Source: Acidobacteriaceae bacterium
GTDB lineage: Bacteria > Acidobacteriota > Terriglobia > Terriglobales > Acidobacteriaceae
Assembly: GCA_030038195.1 (NCBI GenBank)
Contig: JASHPJ010000132.1
Span: 23,529-87,528 of the forward strand
Length of the DNA: 64,000 nucleotides
Direction of reading: 5' to 3'
Positions 1 through 9,781 of this stretch are shown here, in pieces. A program made the translations under genes and the position numbers. The notes under the pieces were generated by a model, which did no database searches, was not told the origin of the DNA, and saw only the letters and a list, made by a program, of their open reading frames with translations. The stretch's first letter is position 1. Each line of letters begins with the position of its first letter.

Positions 1-420
1 CGTGCAAAACCCGAGGTGCACGTCGTCAGCGAGCTAGACAGCCTGTTGCCGCGTGCGGAAGTCGTCGTGCTGATACTGCCTTCTACGCCGGAGAGCCACT
101 GGCTCATCGATCGTGCGCAGCTTGCGCTCATGCCGCAGGGCGCGCTGCTGGTCAACGCCGCGCGCGGACCCATTGTGAATACCGATGCGCTGGTCGAGTC
201 GTTGCACGCCGGCCATATTCGTGCTGCTCTTGATGTCACCGATCCCGAGCCGCTGCCCCAGGATCATCCGCTGTGGAGCTGTCCCAATCTGCTCATCACG
301 CCGCACATCGGCGCATCGAGTCCGCAGTTTTCAGCGAATGCCTTGCGCACTGCGGCAGACGAGCTGCGCCGCTACATGAGCGGCAAGCCGCTGCGCAACG
401 TGGTTCAGGCGGCGATCTGA
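1..420 (+). CDS. D-isomer-specific 2-hydroxyacid dehydrogenase, C-terminal part (5' end outside window)
   Basis: Frame open from base 1. Motifs LVNAARGPIV, AALDVTDPEP and ITPHIG are typical of the NAD-binding domain. Confidence 0.9.
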   Translation, partial: RAKPEVHVVSELDSLLPRAEVVVLILPSTPESHWLIDRAQLALMPQGALLVNAARGPIVNTDALVESLHAGHIRAALDVTDPEPLPQDHPLWSCPNLLITPHIGASSPQFSANALRTAADELRRYMSGKPLRNVVQAAI

Positions 421-1007
421 GGCGCAGCCGAGGCGCGGCGCCAGTCCAGCAGGCCAAGCACGGCCAGCAGCACCAGCACGGCATAAAGAAGCGCCGTCGG
501 GAGCAGGTTTTTGTAAAGATATTCGCCGATGTAAGCCAGGTCCACAACAATCCACAGCCACCAGTTGGCGATGTGCTTGCGCGCCTGCCACCAACTAGCC
601 ACCAGGCTGTAACTCGCCAGCGTGGCATCGAGGCGTGGCAACGCCGCGCCGGCGTGCACCATCAGCCAGCCCAGCAGAACCGAGCCCACCGCGCCTGCAG
701 TAAGACCGGCGATCCATCCGCGCAGCGGCAGCGGCTCCACGCGCACCTCGCCTTCTTCGCGCACGCCGCGCCACCAGTGCCACCATCCGTAAAGCGTGAA
801 GACGATGAAGAAGACCTGCAGCAGCGCGTCAGAGAGCAAGCGGGCCTGGTAGAAGACCACCAGGTAAATGAAATCTGCGAGCAAGGTGACGGGCCAGCAG
901 ATGAGCAGCCGTTTCGTTGTGAGCCAGATCCCCATGAGCGTCGCGGCCAGCCCGCCAATCTCCAGCCAGTGCTCGGCAAAGTAGCCGGTTGTCGCAGTCC
1001 AGCTCAT
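405..1007 (-). CDS. pnuC: PnuC-family vitamin transporter, probably thiamine-specific (PnuT type)
   Basis: Hydrophobic 200-aa protein (LEIGGLAATLMGIWL...YGWWHW...NWWLWIVVDL). ATG at 1007 overlaps the upstream stop (ATGA). Lies in a TPP-riboswitch operon. Confidence 0.85.
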   Translation of the reverse strand: MSWTATTGYFAEHWLEIGGLAATLMGIWLTTKRLLICWPVTLLADFIYLVVFYQARLLSDALLQVFFIVFTLYGWWHWWRGVREEGEVRVEPLPLRGWIAGLTAGAVGSVLLGWLMVHAGAALPRLDATLASYSLVASWWQARKHIANWWLWIVVDLAYIGEYLYKNLLPTALLYAVLVLLAVLGLLDWRRASAAPQIAA

Positions 1008-2191
1008 CGCGCAATACCTGCGTGTGCAGCGGTGCGTTTGCGCAGCGTGTCGAGCAGCCGGCGGCCGGCGTTCGAGTGGAACCAGCGCGCGTGGCCTGCC
1101 AGCCAGCCGTCGTAAGCCATGCGGGCCTGGTCTGCAGCGCGCAGCACGCTCAGAAAGTAGTCCGCCTCTGAAAGCGCGAACTCCGCATGGCAAAGCGCGG
1201 TCATGGGCGCGAGCGCGGCGGCTTCCTCGCGAGAGAGCGGACGCACGGACTTGTATCCGTCAAGCAGCGCATCGAGATGATCGAGGTGAATGCACACGCC
1301 GTCTGGATGCCCAGGATCGGTGACCAATGCAAGCCATTCGACGATGTTCCGCTCGATGGCCTGAGCCAGATCGTGGATCGCGTTGGTGCGGTCGGAGAGG
1401 CCGAAGTCGATGATCGCCGTCGCACACGCTAAGTTTCCCGGATCGCTCCACAGCAGGTTCGAAGCGTGCAGATCGTTGTGCGTCCACAAAGGCGCCAGCG
1501 ACGGCAGCAGCGGCGCAAGCTCGGCATGAAACGGCATGAGCAGCTCCAGCGCCTGAACGGCGCACGCTTGAACGCTCCTGTGTTCCGCCAGCGCCGGCCG
1601 CGCGGCCAGATATTGCATCATTGCGCAAGCCGGATCAGCCGATGCAAAGATCGTGAAGCTGGCCACGAGCGGCTGGGGCCTGCGCGGCGGCGCGGCAAAT
1701 CCAGCGGAGGCAAGATGGAGTTGCGCGAGCGCCTGGCCGGCTGCATATGCGTGCTGCGCGCAGCGGAATGGCGTCCAGGAGAACGCATCTTCATAAATGT
1801 CCACGCCTCTTGCCGCTTCATGAACTTCGTAGGTCCACTCGCCGGCTTTGATGGCAGTTTCACCCGGAGCGGACGCGAAGACGCGCGGCACCGGCGCGCC
1901 GTGAGCGCGCAGATGCGCGAGAAACCGGTGTTCTTCGAGCAGTCCTTGCTGGTCGCGCACGCTGCGGTGATGGCGCTTGATGAAGACCCGGCCGCTTGCG
2001 GTTTGCACCAGGCCAGCCGCCGAAAACGGGCGCGGGCTCACGGAGAGAATCGCCGACGGCTCGCCGATTGCCGGAAACTCGCGCAGCAGCGCGCGTAAAT
2101 CGGCAAGCGTGAGCGGCGGCCAGTCGTGCTCGACCAGTGCGCCGTCCATGCCGTGCATCTTTGCTGTTGCGCTCAAGGCAGCCTCATGCAT
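1004..2191 (-). CDS. APH/choline-kinase-like phosphotransferase, putative thiamine kinase
   Basis: Brenner motif HNDLHASNLL and IIDFG. Located between the TonB receptor and pnuC. Substrate is inferred from context. Confidence 0.8.
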   Translation of the reverse strand: MHEAALSATAKMHGMDGALVEHDWPPLTLADLRALLREFPAIGEPSAILSVSPRPFSAAGLVQTASGRVFIKRHHRSVRDQQGLLEEHRFLAHLRAHGAPVPRVFASAPGETAIKAGEWTYEVHEAARGVDIYEDAFSWTPFRCAQHAYAAGQALAQLHLASAGFAAPPRRPQPLVASFTIFASADPACAMMQYLAARPALAEHRSVQACAVQALELLMPFHAELAPLLPSLAPLWTHNDLHASNLLWSDPGNLACATAIIDFGLSDRTNAIHDLAQAIERNIVEWLALVTDPGHPDGVCIHLDHLDALLDGYKSVRPLSREEAAALAPMTALCHAEFALSEADYFLSVLRAADQARMAYDGWLAGHARWFHSNAGRRLLDTLRKRTAAHAGIAR

Positions 2192-2209
2192 GGTTTCAAC
2201 AGCGGGGAC

Positions 2210-4555
2210 TTAAAAAGTGTAATGCGCCGAGAGCCTGACCGTAGTGGGCGCGCCGAGATGAATGAATGTGTCGCCGTAGTTTGCGCCGGTGTCTTTCCAG
2301 TAGCGCTTATCGGTGATGTTATCGGCATAGACGCGCAGCGTCATACGGCCCTGTTCGCCGCCGGGCGTGTAGCGCGCGCCCAGGTTGAACAGGTTGTAGC
2401 CGCCCACGCTCACCGCATCGTCGCGCGTAGCTTCTTTGCGGTCGGTATAGCCCCAGCCCGGCATCAGATAAAAGCCATGCGTGCGCGGCACCGCCAACTC
2501 GGCAAAAAGCGTGGTGCGCACGCGCGGTGCGTTGATCACCTGTTTGTTGTCGAAAGACGGCGTGCCGGTATCGGTGGAGATCGCGCTCATGGCTGCGGCT
2601 GAAGCCGTCAGCTTCAGCCAGTTTGCCGCCTTGCCTTCCACGTTGAACTCGAAGCCGTCATGGGTTTCGCGGCCTTCCGACTCGAAGCACTGATCGCCCG
2701 GATTACCGTCGGGGCAAAAACTGTCAGGGCCGGCAAGGGTCTTGGGATAGAAGAACGGCGCGCGCATGCGATAAAACGCGGCGGTGAGCAAAATGCGTTG
2801 AGCGGGCTCGTACTTTGCGCCCACTTCCATCTGGCGCGTAAAGAAAGGTGCAAGAAACTGGCTGCCGTTATCCGTCCAGAAAGGACCCTGCGGTCCAAGC
2901 GAGAGAAGCACGCCGTAATTGCCATAGAGCGTCAGCTCGTCAATCGGGTTATAGGTTGCCGCGTAGGCCGGCAGCCAGATGGGTTTGTCGGTGTTTTGCG
3001 CGGCAGAGTAGTTATGATCGCGCAATGAATCGTAGCGCCCGCTGGCAATCAACTGAATACGGCCTGGAAGATGAACGCGGTCCTGCACAATGGCTGCCGC
3101 TTGATGGTCATCTTCCCACAAGGTGCGTGGACCGGCGGATTGGAGAGGATCTTCAATAGGAACGGGGGTGATCGGCTGATAGATATTTTCCGAGCCGACA
3201 TAGGTGTAAACCGCGCCATCCTGTACGGTGGCAGAAGCATTTGCGGGCGGTGCGCCGGGCTGCTGCACGCTGCGCAGAAACAGTTCGCCGCCAGCCGCCA
3301 GGTCCTGCGCAATGGCGCCCGTCTCCACGCGGCCCATCACCATGGCTTCGGCCTCTGCATCTATGCGCAGCTCGCCGGGATCGCGATAGTCGTAAATATC
3401 GTAAGTGCCGTCAGGCGCAAAGAACCACGGATAGGGCGCCGCGCCGGTGTTGCACTCCGCTTCGTAGTAGCAGCCGTAAGCGTAGACCACGTTGTCATCG
3501 ATGAGCGAATGGCTGAAGCTGCCGGCGGCGAAAGCATGCCAGCTTTGCGTTATACCATAGTCGAGCCGCGTGCCGGTGTTGTACGTATCGAAGATGTTCG
3601 GCTTCTCCCACGACTGCTGGCCAAGCATCGTGGAGGGATAAATTCTGCTCATATCCGGCACCGTATCGCCGCCCAGCAGTTGATAGCCACAGACCGAGCG
3701 CTCGCGCTTATGCTGATACTCGAAGTCGCTCTTGAGCGTTGCCCTGGGCGAAATCTTCCAGTCGGCTGCGCCCGCGCCCACCGCGCGCCATCCGTCGGCG
3801 CCGTTCACGTAGCTCTGAATCTTTTCGCCGGCCAGGTTGAGCCGCGCGCCCACCTGCTGATTGCCGCCGAAGAGATGTCCAAGGTCTACCGCCGTGTAGG
3901 CGCTGCCGCGATGGTCGGTGCCCGCGTCGAGCGCCTCGGTCGCCGCCGGCCGCTTGGTTACGTAGTCGATCAGGCCGCCCGCCGAGGCCACACCACTCTC
4001 CACGCCGGCGATGCCTTTGAGGAACTCGACGCTCTCTTTATTTTCGAGCGGCACATCCTGCTCGCCGGCAATGGTCATACCGTTGATCTCGAGGCCAGTG
4101 GCCAGGTCGATGGGGAACCCGCGTATCTCGAAGTCGCCGTAGTAACCCACCGGCGCGTAGTCTTCGCCAATCGAGGCGTCGTTCTTAACCACGTCTGAGA
4201 GCACGCGCGAAATCTGATCGTTCATGACGCCGCGCGTCAGCACCGTGGCTGAAAGCGGCGCTTCTTTGAGCGGTGCGCCGTCAATCGTGCCTACCGTTAC
4301 GGCTTCGGGCAGATAGTTGTCGCCGGCCTGGCCATGGACCACAACCGTCGTGGTGACCGGTGCGAGCTTCTGCTGGGCAGGCGCTGGTTTGGCGGTCTCT
4401 GCCTGAGGGGAGGGCTCGCCCGTGCTTTGCGCGCGTACGCTGGCGGCGTATACAGCGCACAAAGCCAGCGCAACGGCATGCATAGCCAACCGGGGGGTGA
4501 GAGCGGAAAGGAATGGAAGAAAACGTGTTCGGACAATGGCCGCGGCTGCTTGCAT
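2210..4555 (-). CDS. TonB-dependent outer membrane receptor, putative thiamine receptor
   Basis: Signal peptide, plug motif (VEFLKGIAG...AGGLIDYV) and C-terminal aromatic beta strand (LSAHYTF). RBS GAGGAG upstream. Preceded by a TPP riboswitch. Confidence 0.9.
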   Translation of the reverse strand: MQAAAAIVRTRFLPFLSALTPRLAMHAVALALCAVYAASVRAQSTGEPSPQAETAKPAPAQQKLAPVTTTVVVHGQAGDNYLPEAVTVGTIDGAPLKEAPLSATVLTRGVMNDQISRVLSDVVKNDASIGEDYAPVGYYGDFEIRGFPIDLATGLEINGMTIAGEQDVPLENKESVEFLKGIAGVESGVASAGGLIDYVTKRPAATEALDAGTDHRGSAYTAVDLGHLFGGNQQVGARLNLAGEKIQSYVNGADGWRAVGAGAADWKISPRATLKSDFEYQHKRERSVCGYQLLGGDTVPDMSRIYPSTMLGQQSWEKPNIFDTYNTGTRLDYGITQSWHAFAAGSFSHSLIDDNVVYAYGCYYEAECNTGAAPYPWFFAPDGTYDIYDYRDPGELRIDAEAEAMVMGRVETGAIAQDLAAGGELFLRSVQQPGAPPANASATVQDGAVYTYVGSENIYQPITPVPIEDPLQSAGPRTLWEDDHQAAAIVQDRVHLPGRIQLIASGRYDSLRDHNYSAAQNTDKPIWLPAYAATYNPIDELTLYGNYGVLLSLGPQGPFWTDNGSQFLAPFFTRQMEVGAKYEPAQRILLTAAFYRMRAPFFYPKTLAGPDSFCPDGNPGDQCFESEGRETHDGFEFNVEGKAANWLKLTASAAAMSAISTDTGTPSFDNKQVINAPRVRTTLFAELAVPRTHGFYLMPGWGYTDRKEATRDDAVSVGGYNLFNLGARYTPGGEQGRMTLRVYADNITDKRYWKDTGANYGDTFIHLGAPTTVRLSAHYTF

Positions 4556-4558
4556 AAA

Positions 4559-4592
4559 CTCCTCTTGTTTCGTACTGCCGGAAACAAAGGAG
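4559..4592 (-). promoter_or_regulatory. Shine-Dalgarno-sequestering hairpin (riboswitch expression platform)
   Basis: On the minus strand CTCCTTTGTTTC-loop-GAAACAAGAGGAG pairs over the GAGGAG RBS of the receptor gene. Confidence 0.7.
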
Positions 4593-4629
4593 CTTGAGCT
4601 GCAATGGAGGAAATCTGGCCGCTCGGCTT

Positions 4630-4712
4630 CGAAAACTTCCCACGCCGGTATTATCCGGATCGGGTTCGAGGGTATTTCTCAGCCCCGCGTCTGCGGAGCA
4701 CCCCTGTTTCAA
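4630..4712 (-). ncRNA. TPP (thiamine pyrophosphate) riboswitch
   Basis: Minus strand reads AGGGGTGC...CTGAGAAATACCC...GAACCCGATCCGGATAATACCGGCGTGGGAAG, matching the THI-box core. Confidence 0.95.
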
Positions 4713-4799
4713 TAACTCCATTGAAACACTCTCAACCCAGAATTTGCAAATCGGCGCGTACACTTGCATTTGGTTCTTGCCAGCATATGGGAGCAGTCC

Positions 4800-5564
4800 A
4801 TGGGAATTCTCAACCTCTTCAGCCTCAAGGGAAAGAACGCGCTGGTTACCGGATCGGGCCAGGGCCTGGGATCAGGTATTGCCATCGCGCTTGCGCAGGC
4901 TGGCGCAAACGTAACGCTGCACAACTACGACAAGGTGCAGGATGCCGTCCTTGAGGAAGTGAAAAAGACCGGCGCGCGGTACATCGTGCGCGCGGGCGAT
5001 GTGCGCGACGCGGCGGTTTGCCGCATGCTCGTCGACGATACCATTTCGTCCTTCGGCTCCATCGACATTCTCTTCAATAATGCCGGCACCATCCTGCGCG
5101 CGCCGGCAGAAGAGCATCCGGAAGAATATTGGCAGACGGTGATCGACACCAATCTCAATGCGGTATGGCGCATCAGCCAGTACGCGGGCCGCAAGATGAT
5201 CGCTCAGGGACACGGTAAGATCGTCAACACCGCTTCGATGATGTCGTTTCAGGGCGGATTTCTGATTGCCAGCTACGTGGCGTCGAAGGGCGCAGTCGCG
5301 CAGCTTACCAAGGCGCTGGCCAACGAGTGGGCCCCGCTGGGCGTCAACGTGAACGCCATTGCGCCCGGCTACATGGCCACGGAAAACACCGCGCCGCTAC
5401 GCGCCGACCCGGTGCGATCAGCTTCGATTTTGAGCAGGATTCCCGCCGGTCGCTGGGGCGAGCCGTCTGACCTGGCTGGCGCGGCCGTCTTCCTTGCCTC
5501 TGGAGCAAGCAACTACCTCCACGGCCAGGTGCTGGCGGTGGATGGCGGATGGCTCTGCCGTTGA
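4800..5564 (+). CDS. kduD: 2-deoxy-D-gluconate 3-dehydrogenase-like SDR
   Basis: FSLKGKNALVTG, NNAG, YVASK, NVNAIAPGYMATENT and LAVDGGWL are characteristic of KduD. Confidence 0.8.
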   Translation: MGILNLFSLKGKNALVTGSGQGLGSGIAIALAQAGANVTLHNYDKVQDAVLEEVKKTGARYIVRAGDVRDAAVCRMLVDDTISSFGSIDILFNNAGTILRAPAEEHPEEYWQTVIDTNLNAVWRISQYAGRKMIAQGHGKIVNTASMMSFQGGFLIASYVASKGAVAQLTKALANEWAPLGVNVNAIAPGYMATENTAPLRADPVRSASILSRIPAGRWGEPSDLAGAAVFLASGASNYLHGQVLAVDGGWLCR

Positions 5565-5573
5565 TTCCATGGT

Positions 5574-6893
5574 TCACAGGCCGGCGAGCGTCTCTTCTTC
5601 CGGCACCTGGGCACGCAGTGACTCGGTGGTGAGCTCGTCCACCGCGCGCAGGCCGGGAAAGATCACAGACCACAGTCGGGCCACCGCCAGCGCGCCCAGT
5701 CCGCCAATCACCGTGGCCCGCACTGCGCCCCACCATTGGGCCGTCAGCCCGCTCTCAAACTCGCCCAGCTCGTTGGACGCGCCGATGAACAGCGAGTTCA
5801 CCGCGCTCACCCGTCCGCGCATCTCCGGTGGCGTGGCAAGCTGCAGAATCGATCCGCGAATGATCACGCTGATGGTATCTGCCACGCCGGCGATTGCCAG
5901 CGAGGCCAGCGAGAGCCACAGCGTGTGCGACAAGCCGAAAACAACCGTGGCCGCGCCAAAGATCGAAACGCACACAAACAGCCATTTGCCCGCGCGCCGG
6001 CGCATGGGAAACCGCGCCATGATGAGCGACATGGTCACCGCGCCGGCGGCCGGCGCGGCGCGCAGCAGGCCCAGTCCGCGCGGCCCCTGGTGCAGAATCT
6101 CGTGGGCAAAGATAGGCATGAGCGCCGTGGCGCCGCCCAGCAGCACCACAAAAAGATCGAGCGAAAAAGATCCCAGCAGCATGGAGGCGCGCCGAACGTA
6201 GCGGAAACCGGCCAGCACGACCTCGATCGAAAGGGCGCGGTGCTCCATGCGGCCTGGTCTGACACGCAGCGTGCTCACCAGCACCAGGAACCACCCCAGC
6301 GTGCTCAGCGTGAACACGTACACGATGCCCGCGCCTTCAAGCCGCGTATCCGGCGCAAAGCGCGTGAGCGGGAATGTAAACAGCAGCCCGCCCAGCGCCG
6401 GACCGGTGATGTTGGCAAACTGGAAGATAGCGCCGCCCCAGGTCACGGCGTTGACGAAGTGTTCTTCGGGGACGAGATGCGGAATCAGCGCCGAGCTTGC
6501 CGGGCCTGAGAACGCGCGGCCTGTTCCCACCAGGAACAGCACGGCGTAAATCGCCAGAATGCTGTGTGACCCGCTGCGCGCCAGCAGCACCAGCGCCGTG
6601 CTGCACAGCACCTGCAGCGAGTAACACACCAGGATCACGTGTCGGCGGTCGAAGCGGTCCGCCACGTGGCCTGAAGGCAACAGGAAGATCAGTCCGGGCA
6701 GGAACAGCGCCAGCCCTGTATAACCGAGGTCGATGGCCTTGTGGGTGATCGAGTAGACCTGCCACGCCACGGCCACGGCCTGCGCCTCAGCCCCCAGGAT
6801 CGCCATGACGCGCGCCAGTTGGTACCGCCTGAAGTCGCGGGACGCAAAAGCCTCCATGCCGCGCTGCAGTGGCTTTGGGGAAACGGACGCCAT
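5574..6893 (-). CDS. MFS transporter (EntS/H+ antiporter-like)
   Basis: About 12 hydrophobic segments, GHVADRFDRR motif A, PPEMRGRV. Start placed at ATG 6893. Confidence 0.88.
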   Translation of the reverse strand: MASVSPKPLQRGMEAFASRDFRRYQLARVMAILGAEAQAVAVAWQVYSITHKAIDLGYTGLALFLPGLIFLLPSGHVADRFDRRHVILVCYSLQVLCSTALVLLARSGSHSILAIYAVLFLVGTGRAFSGPASSALIPHLVPEEHFVNAVTWGGAIFQFANITGPALGGLLFTFPLTRFAPDTRLEGAGIVYVFTLSTLGWFLVLVSTLRVRPGRMEHRALSIEVVLAGFRYVRRASMLLGSFSLDLFVVLLGGATALMPIFAHEILHQGPRGLGLLRAAPAAGAVTMSLIMARFPMRRRAGKWLFVCVSIFGAATVVFGLSHTLWLSLASLAIAGVADTISVIIRGSILQLATPPEMRGRVSAVNSLFIGASNELGEFESGLTAQWWGAVRATVIGGLGALAVARLWSVIFPGLRAVDELTTESLRAQVPEEETLAGL

Positions 6894-6960
6894 GGCCTCT
6901 CCTTCAGGGTATACTGTCGCGTCATAAAACCCCGCAGCGGAAGAGTCTTTGCTCTTGGAT

Positions 6961-6989
6961 TTGACATCCCTGCCTGCCGCACCTATAGT
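6961..6989 (+). promoter_or_regulatory. sigma70-type promoter
   Basis: TTGACA (6961-6966), 17-nt spacer, TATAGT (6984-6989). ATG follows at 6999, implying a nearly leaderless mRNA. Confidence 0.65.
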
Positions 6990-6998
6990 TTGCTCGCC

Positions 6999-8534
6999 AT
7001 GCATCCGGAATACGCGCGCGCCCGCTGCGCAGTTTTTTTGTTCGTTGTCCTGCTTTTTGCGTCTGCAATGCGAGCCCAGTCTCCCGGTATTTTTGAAGGC
7101 CAATCAGACGTGGGCGCGGTCACTCCTCCCGGCGCCGCGCACTTCGACCCGGCCAGCGGCGCTTACACCATCACATCGGCGGGTGCCAACCTCTGGTCGA
7201 CGGCCGACGGTTTCCATTTCGTGTGGAAGAAGGTCTCGGGTGACTTCGCGCTCGCTGCCGATATCGACTTTCCCGTCAAGACCGGCGCGCACAGCGAACA
7301 TCGCAAGGCCATCCTCATCTTTCGTCAGACCCTCGATGCCGACAGCGCCTATGCTGACGCGGCGCAGCACGGCTCCGGACTCACCGCCCTCCAGTTCCGC
7401 CAGTCGAAAGGCGACACCACCCAGAGCATCGAGCTGAATATCGATCCGCCCAGCCGCGTGCAACTGGTAAAGCGCGGCGACACCTTTACCCTGTTCGTAA
7501 GCCGCCACGGCGAGCCGCTGCACCAGTCCGGCGCAGCCATCAAACTCCATCTCGAAGAGCCATTCTATGCCGGCATCGGCCTGTGCGCCCACGATGCGCA
7601 CGCTGTCGAGACGGCTACGTTCTCGCATCTTGCGTTCAAGCAGCTCGCGCCGCTTGCCGCTCCATCGGCCACTACGCTCTACAGCACGGTGCAGGCCATC
7701 GAGATCGATCCCGCTGCGCGGCGCTCGACCGTTGCCTACACCGCGCAGGCGCGCGCCCAGGCGCCCAACTGGTCGCGCGACGGCCATTCGCTGATCTTCA
7801 ATCAGGACGGCCGCATCTTCACCGTCTCCGCCGACGGCAAAGGCGCTCCGCAGGCAATCGACACCGGCTCAGCCACCGATTGCAGCGGCAGCCACGGCCT
7901 TTCGCCGGACGGCAAGTGGCTGGCTATCTCCTGCTCCATGCCCGGCATGACCGGCCGCCACGTGGCGATCATTCCCTCCACCGGCGGAACGCCACGCCTG
8001 CTCACCACGAATATTGGCTACTTCCATAGCTGGTCGCCCGACGGCAAAACCATCCTCTTCACCCGCGGAGGCAATGGCGCAAACAATATCTACGCCATCT
8101 CCGTGGATGGTGGACCGGAGCATGCGCTCACCACCGGCACAGGCATCAGCGACGATCCCGACTACTCGGCGGATGGCCAGTACATCTACTTCAATACCGA
8201 CCGCTGGGGAGGCATGCAGATTGCACGCATGCGGCCGGACGGCAGCCACGTGGAGCAGATCACCTTCGATGCCTTCCACAACTGGACGCCGCATCCCTCA
8301 CCCAATGGCAGGTCCATTGTCTTTATCTCGTACCCGCCGGATGTAACCACGCACGCGGCTAACAAAGATATCGCGCTGCGCATTCTTTCCACCGGCGACA
8401 ACAAGATTCGCGTGCTGACCAATCTGGTCGGCGGCGATGGCTCCATGAACGTCCCGAACTGGTCGCCTGACTCCAAAAGCCTGGCATTTGTAAGTTATCA
8501 ATTGCTGCCCGCCGAAGACGGAACCAACCAATAG
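6999..8534 (+). CDS. Secreted TolB-like (PD40/WD40-like beta-propeller) protein with N-terminal beta-sandwich domain
   Basis: Signal peptide and repeated WSRDG/LSPDG/WSPDG/YSADG/PSPNG/WSPDS motifs. Confidence 0.8.
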   Translation: MHPEYARARCAVFLFVVLLFASAMRAQSPGIFEGQSDVGAVTPPGAAHFDPASGAYTITSAGANLWSTADGFHFVWKKVSGDFALAADIDFPVKTGAHSEHRKAILIFRQTLDADSAYADAAQHGSGLTALQFRQSKGDTTQSIELNIDPPSRVQLVKRGDTFTLFVSRHGEPLHQSGAAIKLHLEEPFYAGIGLCAHDAHAVETATFSHLAFKQLAPLAAPSATTLYSTVQAIEIDPAARRSTVAYTAQARAQAPNWSRDGHSLIFNQDGRIFTVSADGKGAPQAIDTGSATDCSGSHGLSPDGKWLAISCSMPGMTGRHVAIIPSTGGTPRLLTTNIGYFHSWSPDGKTILFTRGGNGANNIYAISVDGGPEHALTTGTGISDDPDYSADGQYIYFNTDRWGGMQIARMRPDGSHVEQITFDAFHNWTPHPSPNGRSIVFISYPPDVTTHAANKDIALRILSTGDNKIRVLTNLVGGDGSMNVPNWSPDSKSLAFVSYQLLPAEDGTNQ

Positions 8535-8560
8535 AGCCGGTTGCATGCATGAAGAGGCAT

Positions 8561-8660
8561 TGTCTTGAAAGGGCGTTCTCTCGAAAGGGTGTCGTTTTGA
8601 AAGAGCACGGCTTCAGCCGTGCCATCGCAGCCGCGTAAAATCCGGGGTTCTAGCCCCCGT
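8561..8660. repeat. REP-like hairpin cluster (GCACGGCTTCAGCCGTGC family)
   Basis: Three degenerate GAAAGRGY units, then hairpin 8605-8622 and GGGGTTCTAGCCCC. The same hairpin family is inside the elements at 28549 and 49547. Confidence 0.7.
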
Positions 8661-8702
8661 GGGATGGGGCTCACGAATTCCTGCGCTCGATCGGAGTTGC
8701 CT

Positions 8703-9473
8703 TTAAAACTCTTTGATGGCTCTTTCCGATCGTTCGTCTCCTCCATTCGCTCTAGCCGCAACGCCGGCCCCAGGTTTTTGTGCTCCGGCGGGCGTACGTA
8801 GTGGCTGCGCCGGCAGGGGCTGGTGCATCGTGACAATAATGGCCTCGGCCGGTTTTTTGCTCACGCACAAGTAGGAGTGCGGCGTGCCTGCATCGAAATA
8901 CACGGCGTCGCCGGTTTCGAGGGTGCAGTTGTGCTCGCCATGGCGCAGTTGCAGCTCTCCGTCCAGTACATAGAGAAACTCGAATCCCTGGTGCACGTGC
9001 GCCTTGGGCTCGAAACTTCCAGCCTGCGGCATGAACTCCGCAAAGTAGGGGTCCATGTGCCGGTCGGGCACCATGTAGGCAAGGCTTTCGAAGGTATACG
9101 TTGGCGGTTCCACGCCGGTCTGCGGCAGGCGCACACGGTCCTTATGGCGGTGCACGCGGAACATGGCGGTGGGCTCGGTCTCAAAGAAATACGACAGATC
9201 CTTGGAGAAGACCATGGCGATCCGCGCCAGGTTGCGCAGCGTCGGAACCACGCGGCCGGTTTCCAACTGTGAGAGAAAGCTGGCCGAAAGGCCGGTGTGC
9301 TTGCCCAGCTCGACCAGGCCCATGGACTTCTTGAGCCGCAGCCGCCGGATGCGCTCGCCGATCCGCTTTTCCGCGATGAACCGCTCGGCAGTCTCCGGAT
9401 CGGCCTGCGTCTTCTGCATCTCCTCGCTTCTCACCTCAGCGCGCTCGCTCATGGCTGCCTTCGCTTCCTCCAT
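8703..9473 (-). CDS. XRE-family HTH transcriptional regulator with C-terminal cupin domain
   Basis: IGERIRRLR...LSASFLSQLETG HTH and HQGFEFLYVLDG...GDAVYFDA cupin. Start uncertain (9452 or 9473). Confidence 0.88.
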   Translation of the reverse strand: MEEAKAAMSERAEVRSEEMQKTQADPETAERFIAEKRIGERIRRLRLKKSMGLVELGKHTGLSASFLSQLETGRVVPTLRNLARIAMVFSKDLSYFFETEPTAMFRVHRHKDRVRLPQTGVEPPTYTFESLAYMVPDRHMDPYFAEFMPQAGSFEPKAHVHQGFEFLYVLDGELQLRHGEHNCTLETGDAVYFDAGTPHSYLCVSKKPAEAIIVTMHQPLPAQPLRTPAGAQKPGAGVAARANGGDERSERAIKEF

Positions 9474-9781
9474 GCTGCAATAGGATGCAGTTCGAGTCCG
9501 TATTGTTGTGATCAAAATTTATTCCCATGATACCAAATAGCTGCACCTGTACTGGCGTCAAAAGCAAGCGCTGTCTTCCCGCGTTATCCTGGAGCGTGCT
9601 GCTTCCAAAGCATGAGCCCGGCGCCCAAAATCCACGCCGATTGGCCGCCTTCCTCCCGGAGCAAGGTTTTTGCCACCCGGGAAGATTCGTGTGTTTTGTT
9701 GTGTTTACGGCAACAGCCAGCTCTGTGCGCCGCGACCGGAAAAATAGCTTTGAACAACGTGCCTGTCACAAGGAAACCTGA

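Noticed and set aside
8532-8545. TAGAGCCGGTTGC at the TolB-like gene stop resembles a type E element end
   Set aside because: No matching opposite inverted end was found within the intergenic region.
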